From: Raphidiopsis brookii D9
Lineage (GTDB): Bacteria; Cyanobacteriota; Cyanobacteriia; Cyanobacteriales; Nostocaceae
Assembly: GCA_000175855.1 (NCBI GenBank)
Contig: ACYB01000042.1
Coordinates: forward strand, 120,001-152,000
Direction of reading: 5' to 3'
DNA length: 32,000 bases
The translations under genes were made by a program, and so were the position numbers. Under the pieces are notes generated by a model. The model was not told the origin of the DNA. It did no database searches and saw only the letters and a program-made list of their open reading frames with translations. Of the stretch, positions 19,534-29,552 are shown in pieces (the stretch's first letter is position 1; each line of letters starts with the position of its first letter).

Positions 19534-20244
19534 TACAGTAGTCATGTAGTTTTCTGCCCACTGCTCACCAAAAGCTTTTTCTAAGACCCGTCGAGTCTTA
19601 TCATTTTGCTGTTGTTTTGTACAATAGTTATGTTGTCCCGCAATAATTGAGGGAATTTTTTCTGCTGCGACAGGAACGGAGATAATTGCTTGACTGCAAT
19701 GGATTTTTAAAAACTCTCTCACTCTATTTAAAAACAACAATTCTTCCTCTAAAGAACTAGGACGAATAAACAGACAAAAATCTGAAAATATATTCCCCCA
19801 TTCAGGTAAATCCCGGGTTTGAGAAAAATTAACTGGGGTTAAATTGCCTAATTGATGATGATAATTTTTTGGTAGGGTTCTCTCCAAATTTACGGGAGAA
19901 AGATCTGCTATAGCTGCACTAATTTGACCTCTACCCCCCACCAAATCACAACCAAACATGGGTATATCATACTCCTTGCGAGGGAACATCACACAGTGTA
20001 AGATATCTAAGATATTGCCAACTCTCGCTAGTTCTAAGTGCATTTTGCGGAAGTGAACAGTCTGATAACAGCGATTTTCAATTACTAATTTTTCCCCTTC
20101 CAATCTACCTTCCACATACCCCAAATCCTCAGGTAACTGATATGGTGATAACTGGAGGTATTCATGCCAAACTTCTTCGATTGTATTAGCCAGTTGCTGA
20201 ATTAAAGGATGTTGTTTTTCCCGTAGAGAAGGTTGAGAGGACAT
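19516..20244 (-). CDS. pcyA: Phycocyanobilin:ferredoxin oxidoreductase PcyA (ORF track start 20286; start [11 protein letters not shown] at 20244 preferred)
   Basis: [107 protein letters not shown]. Confidence 0.95.
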   Translation of the reverse strand: MSSQPSLREKQHPLIQQLANTIEEVWHEYLQLSPYQLPEDLGYVEGRLEGEKLVIENRCYQTVHFRKMHLELARVGNILDILHCVMFPRKEYDIPMFGCDLVGGRGQISAAIADLSPVNLERTLPKNYHHQLGNLTPVNFSQTRDLPEWGNIFSDFCLFIRPSSLEEELLFLNRVREFLKIHCSQAIISVPVAAEKIPSIIAGQHNYCTKQQQNDKTRRVLEKAFGEQWAENYMTTVLFDLP

Positions 20245-20276
20245 ATTGTTGTGTATCTTGTTTTTACTAGTATATC

Positions 20277-20870
20277 CTATTGCCAAAAATCTGTTACCTC
20301 ATAACCCAGTTCCCCTAACATTTGCCTTAGTAAGGGTAAACTTAGTCCAATTACATTACTATGGCAACCCATAATTTTTTCCACAAATAAACTGCCAAAA
20401 CCTTCTAAAGCAAAAGCACCAGCACATTTTAGTGGCTCACCGGTTCTCACATAGTTGATAATAGCATGGTCAGTCATTTTGGCAAAATAAACTCTAGTTA
20501 TTTGACACTTAATAATGGTCTTTTTCTGTAGGTTATCCATTAACACGTGACCGGTATACAAATCACCCCAATTCCCCTGCATTAAGCGCCAACGAGATAT
20601 AGCTACCTCTACATTTTTTGGTTTACCGTAAATCTGATTATCCATAGCTAATATGGAATCACACCCCATGACCAAAGCAGAAGGAAAACGGGGGGAAACA
20701 GTTTCAGCTTTACATTGAGCCAGTTTGTTGACTAATTCCTCCGGGTTACTCAGTTGTACTTGTGACTCATCAAAATCACTGGGATAAATAATTGGTTCAA
20801 TCCCCACGGTTTGTAGTAAGCGATGACGAGCAGGGGAAGCAGATGCAAGCACAAATTCGGGAATGTTCAT
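20277..20870 (-). CDS. maf: Maf-family nucleoside triphosphate pyrophosphatase
   Basis: 197 aa; [30 protein letters not shown]; [18 protein letters not shown]; [32 protein letters not shown]. Confidence 0.92.
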   Translation of the reverse strand: MNIPEFVLASASPARHRLLQTVGIEPIIYPSDFDESQVQLSNPEELVNKLAQCKAETVSPRFPSALVMGCDSILAMDNQIYGKPKNVEVAISRWRLMQGNWGDLYTGHVLMDNLQKKTIIKCQITRVYFAKMTDHAIINYVRTGEPLKCAGAFALEGFGSLFVEKIMGCHSNVIGLSLPLLRQMLGELGYEVTDFWQ

Positions 20871-20981
20871 GATTCAGTTCATGATTTATAATCTTAGTTT
20901 ATAATTTTAATATTTCACTTTCAGGAGTTGTGTTCTTAGGTTAATCCCACTCACTCCTGACCGAGAATATTTGCCAATCCA

Positions 20982-21581
20982 CTAATACACCTTAAAAGAA
21001 CTAACAACCTCATCAATGGTTCGTTGCAATTTTCGCCAACGTCTTTCTGGTACGGAAGCGTTAAATGTAAACAGTTTGCCACGGCTAACTGCAACACTGG
21101 CTACATTGTGTCTTGATTGACCATTACCCAGTTTAACAGCATACTCTAGAAAATAGTAATTATTACCATTAATTTCCTTTTGTGCCACATTGACTAATTC
21201 TGCTGAACGTCCAGAACCTTCGGGAGCAAGAGCAGATTTACCCAGTTTATATCCTACTTCTGTTGGGGTTCCCAGTTCTGTTAAGCTCTTACCTTGGGGA
21301 ACAGGACTAATGACCACGGATACATTTTCAGAGACTTCTATTAAATCATGAAACACCACATCAGGACCGTTAGCGACTTTGACTTGTAACCAACCATTAG
21401 GATAGGAAAATTGATAACCATCCTCCGTGTCCACAAAACTCCTAAATCCAGCAGCTACAGCCATATCAGGGTAAACAGTGGTGCTGATAGCACTGAAAGC
21501 GATAGCCAAAGTAACAACCAGGATGAATTTTATTTTTCTTAATTTTTTTCCACATTTTTGTATGGTAAATAACTGGGACAA
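20982..21581 (-). CDS. psbP: PsbP-domain protein (CyanoP-like photosystem II extrinsic protein)
   Basis: 199 aa; signal-like N-term then AAGFRSFVDTEDGYQFSYPNGWLQVKVANGPDVVFHDLIEVSENVSVVISPV; C-term VSRGKLFTFNASVPERRWRKLQRTIDEVVSSFKVY. Confidence 0.88.
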   Translation of the reverse strand: MSQLFTIQKCGKKLRKIKFILVVTLAIAFSAISTTVYPDMAVAAGFRSFVDTEDGYQFSYPNGWLQVKVANGPDVVFHDLIEVSENVSVVISPVPQGKSLTELGTPTEVGYKLGKSALAPEGSGRSAELVNVAQKEINGNNYYFLEYAVKLGNGQSRHNVASVAVSRGKLFTFNASVPERRWRKLQRTIDEVVSSFKVY

Positions 21582-21599
21582 CCAAATTGTATAACTGTA

Positions 21600-21671
21600 T
21601 GGGTCACCCGGGATTCGAACCCGGAACTAATCGGTTAAAAGCCGAGTACTCTACCGTTGAGTTAGTGACCC
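21600..21671 (-). tRNA. tRNA-Lys (anticodon UUU), CCA not encoded
   Basis: Reverse complement gggtcactaactcaacggtagagtactcggcttttaaccgattagttccgggttcgaatcccgggtgaccca. Acceptor stem gggtcac/gtgaccc, T arm ccggg-ttcgaat-cccgg, anticodon loop cttttaa. Confidence 0.93.
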
Positions 21672-21730
21672 TTTTCGTTTTTTGCAACTTTTTCAATATA
21701 TCAACCTCTCGTCACTCTGTCAAGGACTTG

Positions 21731-22603
21731 TTAGAGAAAATTTGCGGTCAATTTTATAGAAGTGGTTTTACTAGTGTGGGGAGCCAAAAGGGTAAGATTT
21801 TCCCCGGTGTTGAGGGAGTTACGTCCAGCAGTCCAGGGTTCTAGACAATAAAAGTCTTTGCCCCGCACGGTCCAGAAGACCAGCACCACATAGGTTGGAT
21901 CATATTCCAGGCTTAGTTCTAATTTACGGTCGTGATCTTTGACCTTGGCTGATTGACTGCGCAAATCCCCAAAGGCAAAATCCAGCTCCTCTTGTTCAAG
22001 GTCAAATTTACCTGCAAAGGAGTAAATTTGCTTGGTTCTTTGATCGAGATATTGTCCTGAGGGAATGTCAAACTCTAGCAGAGATTTATTTCCACACTGA
22101 AAGTAGGGATGAAATCCAGTTGAAAAAGGCATAGTCTCATTTGAGAGATTGTGATAAACCTGATCAACCGTCAAAGAGTTGGCTCTTAGGGTATAAGTAA
22201 AAGTTAGTCGAAAGTCGAAGGGGTACACAGTGCGGGTTGCATCGCTACTGTTTAATACTAAACTAAGAGTTGCTCCATTTTCTGTAGCATTACTGGTTAC
22301 TTCCCAGGGTAATTCCCGGGCGAAACCATGTTGCTTGAGTGTATATTGTTTCCCGTTATGGTTGTAAGTGTTATCGGGTAGATTACCACAAATGGGAAAC
22401 AAAATTGGTAACCCACCTCGCACGCTCAGGTCAGGATGGGTAAATCTTTCTTTGTCCAAATAGAAAATTTCATGATCCTTTAATGACCATTGGGTGACAA
22501 TACCACCTCTTTCTGGGACTACTTCCAGACGGGAATCAGCATCGCTGTCCCAGAGGGAATAGGTCTTGTACTGTTTTTGGTTTTCGGTGATTGTAAATCC
22601 CAT
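21731..22603 (-). CDS. Aldose 1-epimerase family protein
   Basis: 290 aa; VVPERGGIVTQWSLKDHEIFYLDKERFTHPDLSVRGGLPILFPICGNLPDNTYNHNGKQYTLKQHGFARELPWEV; FSTGFHPYFQCG; YCLEPWTAGRNSLNTGE. Confidence 0.88.
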   Translation of the reverse strand: MGFTITENQKQYKTYSLWDSDADSRLEVVPERGGIVTQWSLKDHEIFYLDKERFTHPDLSVRGGLPILFPICGNLPDNTYNHNGKQYTLKQHGFARELPWEVTSNATENGATLSLVLNSSDATRTVYPFDFRLTFTYTLRANSLTVDQVYHNLSNETMPFSTGFHPYFQCGNKSLLEFDIPSGQYLDQRTKQIYSFAGKFDLEQEELDFAFGDLRSQSAKVKDHDRKLELSLEYDPTYVVLVFWTVRGKDFYCLEPWTAGRNSLNTGENLTLLAPHTSKTTSIKLTANFL

Positions 22604-22677
22604 AATTGAGTGGTTGAAAGACTACCATAATTATAGCAACTCAACGGTACCTGGAAACTCCAGTTTATCTTATATCA

Positions 22678-23691
22678 CTACTCCTGGTTAATAATTTTGC
22701 CTCGAAACACTACGTAGTTATAAACATTATAAAACAAAACTACGGGTATAAGAAAACCGATAAATGTCAACATAAACACCAAAGAGCTGGGTGCTGCTGC
22801 TGCTTGATAAATGGTCACACTGGGAGGAATTATGTTCGGAAAAATTACAAAACCTAGCCCAATAAAGGAAAGACAAAAAACTAGGAATGTATACACCAAA
22901 GGACTATTTTCTTGACGCTGGTACAGACTTCGCATTAGTAATCCTATAAATAGGATCCCCAAAACGGGTATTAAACCAAAGATGTAAATCAGAGGAGCTG
23001 TAAACAATTGGGTTCGTGCCTCCTCAGAAATTATAGGGGTGCTAATAGTGATAAATAGTGCACCCACTAAGGTTGTCCAGGTAGCTATGGTGGCAGTCTT
23101 GTAGTAAGTTTTCTGTAAATCCCCAGTGGTTTTCAAGATTAAATAAGTAGATCCAATGAGAACATACCCTTGAATTAAAGTCAGAGCAACCACTACTGAT
23201 CGCCAGGTTAACCAGTCCCAAATCCCACCGGCAAAATGTCCAGCTTGGTCAACCTTGATACCCTCAAAAACACTTCCCAAGGCAAATCCCTGTCCCAGAG
23301 CGGCCAAAAAACTGCCTACACCAAAGGCAATATTCCAAACCAATTTGTTATCAGCATTTTCTCTAAACTCAAAGGAAACTGCTCTGAGAATTAAACCCAC
23401 AACCATTACTACTGCAGGTAGATAGAGGGCGTTTAAAATAGTCGCGTATGCCAAGGGGAAAGCTCCAAATAGAGAACCCCCCATTAAAATCAACCAAGTT
23501 TCGTTGGCATCCCAAACATTACCTAAACTGGTCATCAAAATACTACGACGTTCCTCACTAGAAGCGGTTAGGGATAGGATACCAACTCCTAAATCAAATC
23601 CATCTAATAAAATATAAAGGAACAAAAACAGACCTAAAATGAAAAACCAAACTTGAGGTAAAAAGTGTTGTAACGGTTCTAATGGTTCCAT
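22678..23691 (-). CDS. cydB: Cytochrome bd-type quinol oxidase subunit II
   Basis: 337 aa; LQHFLPQVWFFILGLFLFLYILLDGFDLGVGIL; GNVWDANETWLILMGGSLFGAFPLAYA; multi-pass; directly downstream of cydA. Confidence 0.94.
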   Translation of the reverse strand: MEPLEPLQHFLPQVWFFILGLFLFLYILLDGFDLGVGILSLTASSEERRSILMTSLGNVWDANETWLILMGGSLFGAFPLAYATILNALYLPAVVMVVGLILRAVSFEFRENADNKLVWNIAFGVGSFLAALGQGFALGSVFEGIKVDQAGHFAGGIWDWLTWRSVVVALTLIQGYVLIGSTYLILKTTGDLQKTYYKTATIATWTTLVGALFITISTPIISEEARTQLFTAPLIYIFGLIPVLGILFIGLLMRSLYQRQENSPLVYTFLVFCLSFIGLGFVIFPNIIPPSVTIYQAAAAPSSLVFMLTFIGFLIPVVLFYNVYNYVVFRGKIINQE

Positions 23692-23718
23692 AAAATACCT
23701 TCTTACTAACTTATCCTC

Positions 23719-25164
23719 TTACTGTTGTGCTTCTGCTGGACGACGATCTACTCCGTGTTGAGCCGGCTCAATATCAATAGCTGGTTTACTTATTGTACGC
23801 GGTACTGGTAATTCTAAGTTGGGTCCTTTACGAATAATACGACTGCCAAAATAAAGAGCAGCAACGAAAAATACCGCATACATACTCATTAACCCTACTA
23901 GAGAGAATAAAACTTCTCCTGGGGGAATATGGGATGCAGCATCAACCGTTCGTAGTTCCCCATACACAATCCAAGGCTGTCTACCTACACAACGAACAAT
24001 CCACCCAGTTTCAACAGCTATATAACCTAGAGGACCGGCAAAGATCCATGCTCTCATTAACCACTTTTGCTGGATGATGGTTGTGGTGGATAGTTTGCCA
24101 GTTAGCCATTGTATAACTGTAATCAGCATTAATCCTGCCAAAAATAGTCCAATCCCTACCATGATTCGGAAGGAATAGTAGATCATTCCTACCATCTGAG
24201 GTCGATTTTTGGGTTCCCATTCTTTGAGTCCCTTAACCGGTTGGTCAAGTTTAGATTTGAGTTCTAATAGGTAGCTCAACGCCCCCGGAACCTTGATTTC
24301 CCACTCATTTTTCTCAGACTTATTGTTGGGTAGAGCCAACAAACTCCAATCCGCACGTTCTCCCGCAGGAACTGTTTCCCACTGAGCTTCCATTGCTGCA
24401 AGTTTCGCCGGTTGATAGTGATAAACCTGTTCCGCACTCAGGTGTCCTATAAAGACTTGTAGCGGTGCAATTACAATCGCGATCGCCAGTATAACTTTGA
24501 AGGAACGCAGGAAGAATTCCGTGCGACGCTGATTGATAATATACCAGGCACTAATACCACCAATCACAAATAAGGAAGTTTCTAAAGTGGCAAAGAACAT
24601 GTGGAGAAAACTATTCACCATGAATGGATTGGCGATCGCTTGGAAGTAGTCTTGAACAACAAACTTACCAGCGATAAATTCACCACCTGCTGGGGTTTGT
24701 AGCCAAGAATTTGCTGATAGAATCCAGAAGGTGGAGAGATTAGCTCCAAAAGCCACTAGAATCGTGGATATCCAATGAATAACTGGTGGGACTCGATCCC
24801 AACCAAATAGCATAATGCCCAGGAAACTAGCTTCTAGCATAAATGCCATTGTGCCTTCAAAACCCAGGACAGTACCGAAAAAATCTCCCACTGACTCGGA
24901 GAAGGGTGCCCAGTTCAGACCAAATTGGAATGCCATCGGTAACCCGGATGCAACACCAATGCCAAAGTTGAGAACATATAATTTAGACCAGAAGCGGGCA
25001 TGGTGGTAGTATTCCAGGTTGCGAGTTTTTAACCACAATCCCTCTATTACCACTAAGTATATGGCCATACCAGTTGTTAGCACTGGCCAGAGCATGTGGA
25101 ATATTGCGGTTAGTGCAAACTGTATTCGTGACAATGTTACGGTGTTCGAGATGAGTTCTTCCAT
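23719..25164 (-). CDS. cydA: Cytochrome bd-type quinol oxidase subunit I
   Basis: 481 aa; LSRIQFALTAIFHMLWPVLTTG; FGIGVASGLPMAFQFGLNWAPFSESVGDFFGTVLGFEGTMAFMLEASFLGIMLFGWDRV; GYIAVETGWIVRCVGRQPWIVYGELRT. Confidence 0.95.
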   Translation of the reverse strand: MEELISNTVTLSRIQFALTAIFHMLWPVLTTGMAIYLVVIEGLWLKTRNLEYYHHARFWSKLYVLNFGIGVASGLPMAFQFGLNWAPFSESVGDFFGTVLGFEGTMAFMLEASFLGIMLFGWDRVPPVIHWISTILVAFGANLSTFWILSANSWLQTPAGGEFIAGKFVVQDYFQAIANPFMVNSFLHMFFATLETSLFVIGGISAWYIINQRRTEFFLRSFKVILAIAIVIAPLQVFIGHLSAEQVYHYQPAKLAAMEAQWETVPAGERADWSLLALPNNKSEKNEWEIKVPGALSYLLELKSKLDQPVKGLKEWEPKNRPQMVGMIYYSFRIMVGIGLFLAGLMLITVIQWLTGKLSTTTIIQQKWLMRAWIFAGPLGYIAVETGWIVRCVGRQPWIVYGELRTVDAASHIPPGEVLFSLVGLMSMYAVFFVAALYFGSRIIRKGPNLELPVPRTISKPAIDIEPAQHGVDRRPAEAQQ

Positions 25165-25361
25165 TACTGTAGTTAAAATGATGTTAGTTGCTGTCAGTTT
25201 GTATTGTTTAGTGTTATGGCTAAAGCTCTAATTACAATTAGAAACAACTCTTACCACTATAGTTTTAGTTTATGCAAGTGACACCATGTCAAAATTCATG
25301 GAAATTACAGATTTTCTTTGGGATCGCTAGTTTTAACCTAATTTTGTGAGTACCACCATTT

Positions 25362-26783
25362 ATGAATTTACTCTGGGAAAGATTTACACTATCCTCCTTA
25401 CCCTTAAAAGAATATGTCAATACCAGCTATCTACATAGGTTGGTGGGTATTCTAAGTCCTTGGCGCCAAACCAGCTTGCTGATGCAATGGGGAGATACGC
25501 TTTCTGCTGCTTTAATCAGCCTAATTTATGGATTTGCACCTTTTGTGTCTAGCACTTTAACTGGAATATTGCTACTAGCAGCTGCAGCATTATGGTTAAT
25601 ATTAACTATATCAGATGCAGATGAAACTAATCGGTCTAAAATTTCCTTTACCCCAATTCATCTGGTAGTTCTGCTTTATTGGTTTATTGCTGTGGTCTCA
25701 GCGGGCTTATCCCCTGTCAAAAAGGCAGCTTTTAGTGATTTAGTAAATTTAACACTCTATTTACTACTTTTTGCCCTGTGTGCTAGATCCCTGAGAATTC
25801 ACCGCGTTCGCTCCTGGTTAATTACCCTATACTTACATGTATCCCTCCTTGTAAGTGTGTATGGCATTCGACAGTGGTTTTTCGGTGCTAAGGCCTTGGC
25901 TACCTGGGTTGATCCAGAATCAACCTTATCTAAAACCACTAGGGTCTACAGTTATCTAGGTAATCCCAACTTATTGGCTGGATATCTGATCCCCGCCGTG
26001 GCTTTAAGTTTAGTGGCCATTTTTGCCTGGCATGGTTGGATTAGAAAGTCTCTAGCTGTAATTATGTTAGCCGCAAACGCTTCTTGTTTGGTTTTAACTT
26101 TTAGTCGCGGTGGCTGGATCGGTATGCTAATCGCTATTTTGGCTGCTATGGTGTTGTTAGCTTATTGGTGGAGTGTACAACTGCCTCCATTTTGGCGCAC
26201 TTGGTTATTGCCAATTATACTAGGAACTTTTATCGGCGCTCTTCTACTAGCAGTAATTTTTGTTGAGCCAGTTAGATTGCGATTGGTCAGTATTTTTGCT
26301 GACCGTCAGGATAGTAGCAATAATTTTCGCCGTAATGTCTGGGATGCAGTTTTCCAAATGATTCGCGATCGCCCAATTATTGGTATTGGTCCAGGACATA
26401 ATTCTTTTAATAAAATCTATCCCCTTTACCAACGTCCTCGCTATAGTGCTTTGAGTGCCTATTCAATTTTCTTAGAAACAGCTGTAGAAAGTGGTTTTAT
26501 CGGTTTGTCTTGTTTTATCTGGTTGATTATTGTCATTGTCAACACAGGACTGGTTCAAATGCGTTCGTTTCTCAAGGTAAGAAATCAGGATGGACTTTGG
26601 TTAATAGGAGCGATCGCGGCTATATTTGGTATGCTAGGCCATGGTACAGTAGATACTGTATGGTATCGTCCAGAAGTGAATACTCTTTGGTGGTTAATGG
26701 TGGCCATGGTAGCTAGCTACTGGAATCCCTTGACCGAAAACCGTGGAGAAATTAGGAAGGAGCATATCGCCTATGAACTCTGA
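25362..26783 (+). CDS. ictB: IctB-family putative bicarbonate-transport-associated / O-antigen-ligase-like membrane protein
   Basis: 473 aa multi-pass; AKALATWVDPESTLSKTTRVYSYLGNPNLLAGYLIPAVALSLVAIFAW; TFSRGGWIGMLIAI; GIGPGHNSFNKIYPLYQRPRYSALSAYSIFLETAVESGFIG. Confidence 0.88.
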   Translation: MNLLWERFTLSSLPLKEYVNTSYLHRLVGILSPWRQTSLLMQWGDTLSAALISLIYGFAPFVSSTLTGILLLAAAALWLILTISDADETNRSKISFTPIHLVVLLYWFIAVVSAGLSPVKKAAFSDLVNLTLYLLLFALCARSLRIHRVRSWLITLYLHVSLLVSVYGIRQWFFGAKALATWVDPESTLSKTTRVYSYLGNPNLLAGYLIPAVALSLVAIFAWHGWIRKSLAVIMLAANASCLVLTFSRGGWIGMLIAILAAMVLLAYWWSVQLPPFWRTWLLPIILGTFIGALLLAVIFVEPVRLRLVSIFADRQDSSNNFRRNVWDAVFQMIRDRPIIGIGPGHNSFNKIYPLYQRPRYSALSAYSIFLETAVESGFIGLSCFIWLIIVIVNTGLVQMRSFLKVRNQDGLWLIGAIAAIFGMLGHGTVDTVWYRPEVNTLWWLMVAMVASYWNPLTENRGEIRKEHIAYEL

Positions 26784-27234
26784 AATTCCTCCTCAATACG
26801 AACAAGACTTTTATGGTTGGATTCAATGGCAACTGAGAGCAATTTCCCAAAGACAAGTATCTCAACTGGACTGGGAGAATTTGCAGACGGAGTTAGAGGG
26901 TTTGGGAAGACAGGAATATCGGGAACTAGTTAGTCGTCTTACGGTTTTGTTGGCACACCTGCTCAAGTGGGAATACCAACCGGAGAATCGTTGTCGCAGT
27001 TGGTTCCTAACTATTAGAGAGCAGCGTCGTGCTATCGACCGTCATTTTCAACGTAATCCTACCTTAAAATCCCGCATCCCCCATGCTTTGGAGGATGCTT
27101 TTGAAGGGGGAATTGATTTAGCTCTACGAGAAACTAACCTACCATTGAGAACTTTTCCCCAAGTTTGTCCCTACCAGTTTGAACAAGCGATTTCCCATGG
27201 ATTTATGTGCGACACTAGTCAGGATTGGCAATAA
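26773..27234 (+). CDS. DUF29-family protein (ORF track start 26743; start MNSEIPPQ at 26773 preferred)
   Basis: YEQDFYGWIQWQLRAISQRQVSQLDWENLQTELEGLGRQEYRELVSRLTVLLAHLLKWEYQPENRCRSWFLTIREQR is the DUF29 signature. Confidence 0.88.
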   Translation: MNSEIPPQYEQDFYGWIQWQLRAISQRQVSQLDWENLQTELEGLGRQEYRELVSRLTVLLAHLLKWEYQPENRCRSWFLTIREQRRAIDRHFQRNPTLKSRIPHALEDAFEGGIDLALRETNLPLRTFPQVCPYQFEQAISHGFMCDTSQDWQ

Positions 27235-27272
27235 AAAAACAAGGTGGAAAACTATCCACTCAATTAGTACAA

Positions 27273-27740
27273 TTAGTAATTCTTCATCGCTCGCTGAATA
27301 TCACGTTGGTCTTGACGACGCTTTAAATCTTCCCGTTTATCATGGACTTTCTTCCCTCTGCATAAACCAATGCTGATCTTTACCCAGCCCCTTTTGAAGT
27401 ACATTTTTAATGGGATCAAGGTTAAACCTTGTTGTTCCACTTTACCTATCAGCTTACGAATTTCTAATCCGTGTAAGAGCAATTTTCGGGTGCGTCTGGG
27501 CTCATGATTAAAATATTGTCCACTGGCTGTGTAAGGAGAAATATGAGCGTTTATTAGCCATGCTTCTCCATCACGCAGCAAAGCATAACCATCCTGTAAG
27601 TTGACTTTACCCGCTCGTATTGATTTCACTTCCGTACCAGTGAGCTGAATTCCTGCTTCGTAGGTTTCTAGGATTTCATACAAGTAACGGGCTTGTCTAT
27701 TATCACTAATAATCTTGTAACCTTCGTTTTTGTCACTCAT
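27273..27740 (-). CDS. smpB: SsrA (tmRNA)-binding protein SmpB
   Basis: 155 aa; ISDNRQARYLYEILETYEAGIQLTGTEVKSIRAGKVNLQDGYALLRDGEAWLINAHISPY; CRGKKVHDKREDLKRRQDQRDIQRAMK. Confidence 0.96.
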   Translation of the reverse strand: MSDKNEGYKIISDNRQARYLYEILETYEAGIQLTGTEVKSIRAGKVNLQDGYALLRDGEAWLINAHISPYTASGQYFNHEPRRTRKLLLHGLEIRKLIGKVEQQGLTLIPLKMYFKRGWVKISIGLCRGKKVHDKREDLKRRQDQRDIQRAMKNY

Positions 27741-28052
27741 TGAAAATTTTACTTCTGTACTGTAAACAAAATGTACTAGGACAAATAAGTGTAAATACTC
27801 GTCATTTTTTTAATTTTCATTTGCCTAATTTGCCTGCTAAGACTAATCTGAGTTTAAACTACCAACATAACATAATATTTCATTATTTTCAAATGGTGTT
27901 GGCGCAAAGTAACTATGTCTTTGAATATGCTATTACAGCGTCTTTCTCGAGAATGGCATTAATTTCCTAAAAGTGGTAAGTTTAGATATATATTCCCGTT
28001 CAATTATTATCTTTAAATATTCCGTAATAAAAATACTAGGGATCTGGTTTTA

Positions 28053-28742
28053 ATGGCCTTAAAAATCCTTGTGGTCGATGATGACATTGGCACTAGTCTC
28101 TCGATTAGTGATTATCTGGAACTGTGTGGTTATTCTGTACTGACAGCTGACGATGGCGAAAACGCTCTATCTATTATACAACAAGAACACCTGGATTTGA
28201 TGGTAACGGACATTATTATGCCACGAATGAACGGTTATGAGTTGGTCCGTCGAGTACGTCAAAACATTGAGTTTCGTTTGCTACCTGTTATTCTCTTGAC
28301 TGCTAGAACCAAAACTCAAGAGAGGATCCTCGGTTATCAGTCGGGATGTGATTTATACTTACCTAAGCCTTTTGAACTAGAAGAATTGGCCGCTGCTGTT
28401 CGTAACCTGTTAGAGCGATCGCAAATTATTCAATCGGAATATTGTTTATCCAGTCAGATCACTGGTGGTTTTTCCCCTGATGACAAAACCAGATCTCTAT
28501 CTATTCCTAGGACTGAGACTTTAAACCATCCCGACTCTCACATACTTATGTCCATAAGTACCAGAGAACGAGAGGTTCTGGAGTTGTTGACTCATGGGCT
28601 ATCTAATGCAGAAATTGGCAGTAAATTATATTTGAGTCCACGTACAGTAGAGAAATATGTCAGTAGTTTATTGAGAAAAACTTCTAGTAATAACAGAGCT
28701 GAACTGGTAAGATTTGCTATAAAGCATGATATAGTAGATTAG
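28053..28742 (+). CDS. Response regulator transcription factor, REC + LuxR/NarL-type HTH
   Basis: 229 aa; KILVVDDDIG...DLMVTDIIMPRMNGYELVRRVR...LTARTKTQERILGYQSGCDLYLPKPFELEEL; HTH STREREVLELLTHGLSNAEIGSKLYLSPRTVEKYVSSLLRKTSSNNRAELVRFA. Confidence 0.92.
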   Translation: MALKILVVDDDIGTSLSISDYLELCGYSVLTADDGENALSIIQQEHLDLMVTDIIMPRMNGYELVRRVRQNIEFRLLPVILLTARTKTQERILGYQSGCDLYLPKPFELEELAAAVRNLLERSQIIQSEYCLSSQITGGFSPDDKTRSLSIPRTETLNHPDSHILMSISTREREVLELLTHGLSNAEIGSKLYLSPRTVEKYVSSLLRKTSSNNRAELVRFAIKHDIVD

Positions 28743-28755
28743 TCAAGGAATAGGA

Positions 28756-29229
28756 TTACTGATTTTTTATATGTTTTAATAGTCCATTACAAGCATCCAT
28801 AAGTAAATCTATTACTTGATTAAATCCCTCTGGTCCTCCATAATAGGGATCAGGGACTTCCTGAAGACTGTGTTCGGAACAAAAGTCACACATAAGACGG
28901 ACTTTGTGATGATACTTTCCTGAAGAGTCTAGAGATAGAATATCTCGATAGTTATCTTTATCCATGGCCAAAATCAGGTCAAAATCCTCAAAGTCAGATT
29001 TTTGGAACTGACGGGCTTTTCCAAGCAGGTCAATACCCAATTTAGCAGATGCAGCCGCGCTCATTCTTCTATCAGGTGGACTGCCAATGTGGTAGTTGGA
29101 AGTGCCAGCGGAATCACAATGAATTTCATTACTTAAATTTGCTTTATCGATTAGATAATTCATAATATTCTCCGCTGATGGAGAACGACAAATATTGCCA
29201 AGACAGACAAAAAGTAACTTAGATGACAT
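28756..29229 (-). CDS. Low-molecular-weight protein-tyrosine phosphatase
   Basis: 157 aa; KLLFVCLGNICRSPSAENIM (CX5R loop) and VPDPYYGGPEGFNQVIDLL (general acid DP). Confidence 0.94.
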   Translation of the reverse strand: MSSKLLFVCLGNICRSPSAENIMNYLIDKANLSNEIHCDSAGTSNYHIGSPPDRRMSAAASAKLGIDLLGKARQFQKSDFEDFDLILAMDKDNYRDILSLDSSGKYHHKVRLMCDFCSEHSLQEVPDPYYGGPEGFNQVIDLLMDACNGLLKHIKNQ

Positions 29230-29552
29230 GATTTACGGATTTAGCAGCAGCATTATAGTACCACCAGATGGGCAAATTCAGCAAAAAACTAGAGTAGGTA
29301 AAATCAGGTAATAGTTAAGAAAAGATAAAATACCCTTGCTATAAGACCAAAGTTTGTAGTTTTATAAAGTATAATTAACAAAAAGATAAACTAACCTAGG
29401 TAATAAAAACCGCCCTATGATGGCTAATATTGCCTGGAAATGGGTGATTGGAATTATTTTATGGGATTTAGATATCCCATAAAAAGGGGCAATATACCCA
29501 CGTAAACAGTTAGTAAATAAAAGCTCAAATTCCCAGTTGTAGAGGCAAAGAC

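Noticed and set aside
21587-21844. ORF 85 aa (+) beginning MYNCMGHPGFEPGTNRLKAEYSTVELVT
   Set aside because: This is the antisense translation of the tRNA-Lys gene and downstream sequence; GFEPGTNRLKAEYSTVELVT is a classic spurious peptide.
27235-27272. tmRNA gene (ssrA) near smpB
   Set aside because: The 38-nt gap is too small, and no tRNA-like ends or tag-coding sequence were seen around smpB.
27740-27970. 76-aa ORF (+) beside smpB
   Set aside because: AT-rich, low-information sequence with no family resemblance; likely intergenic.
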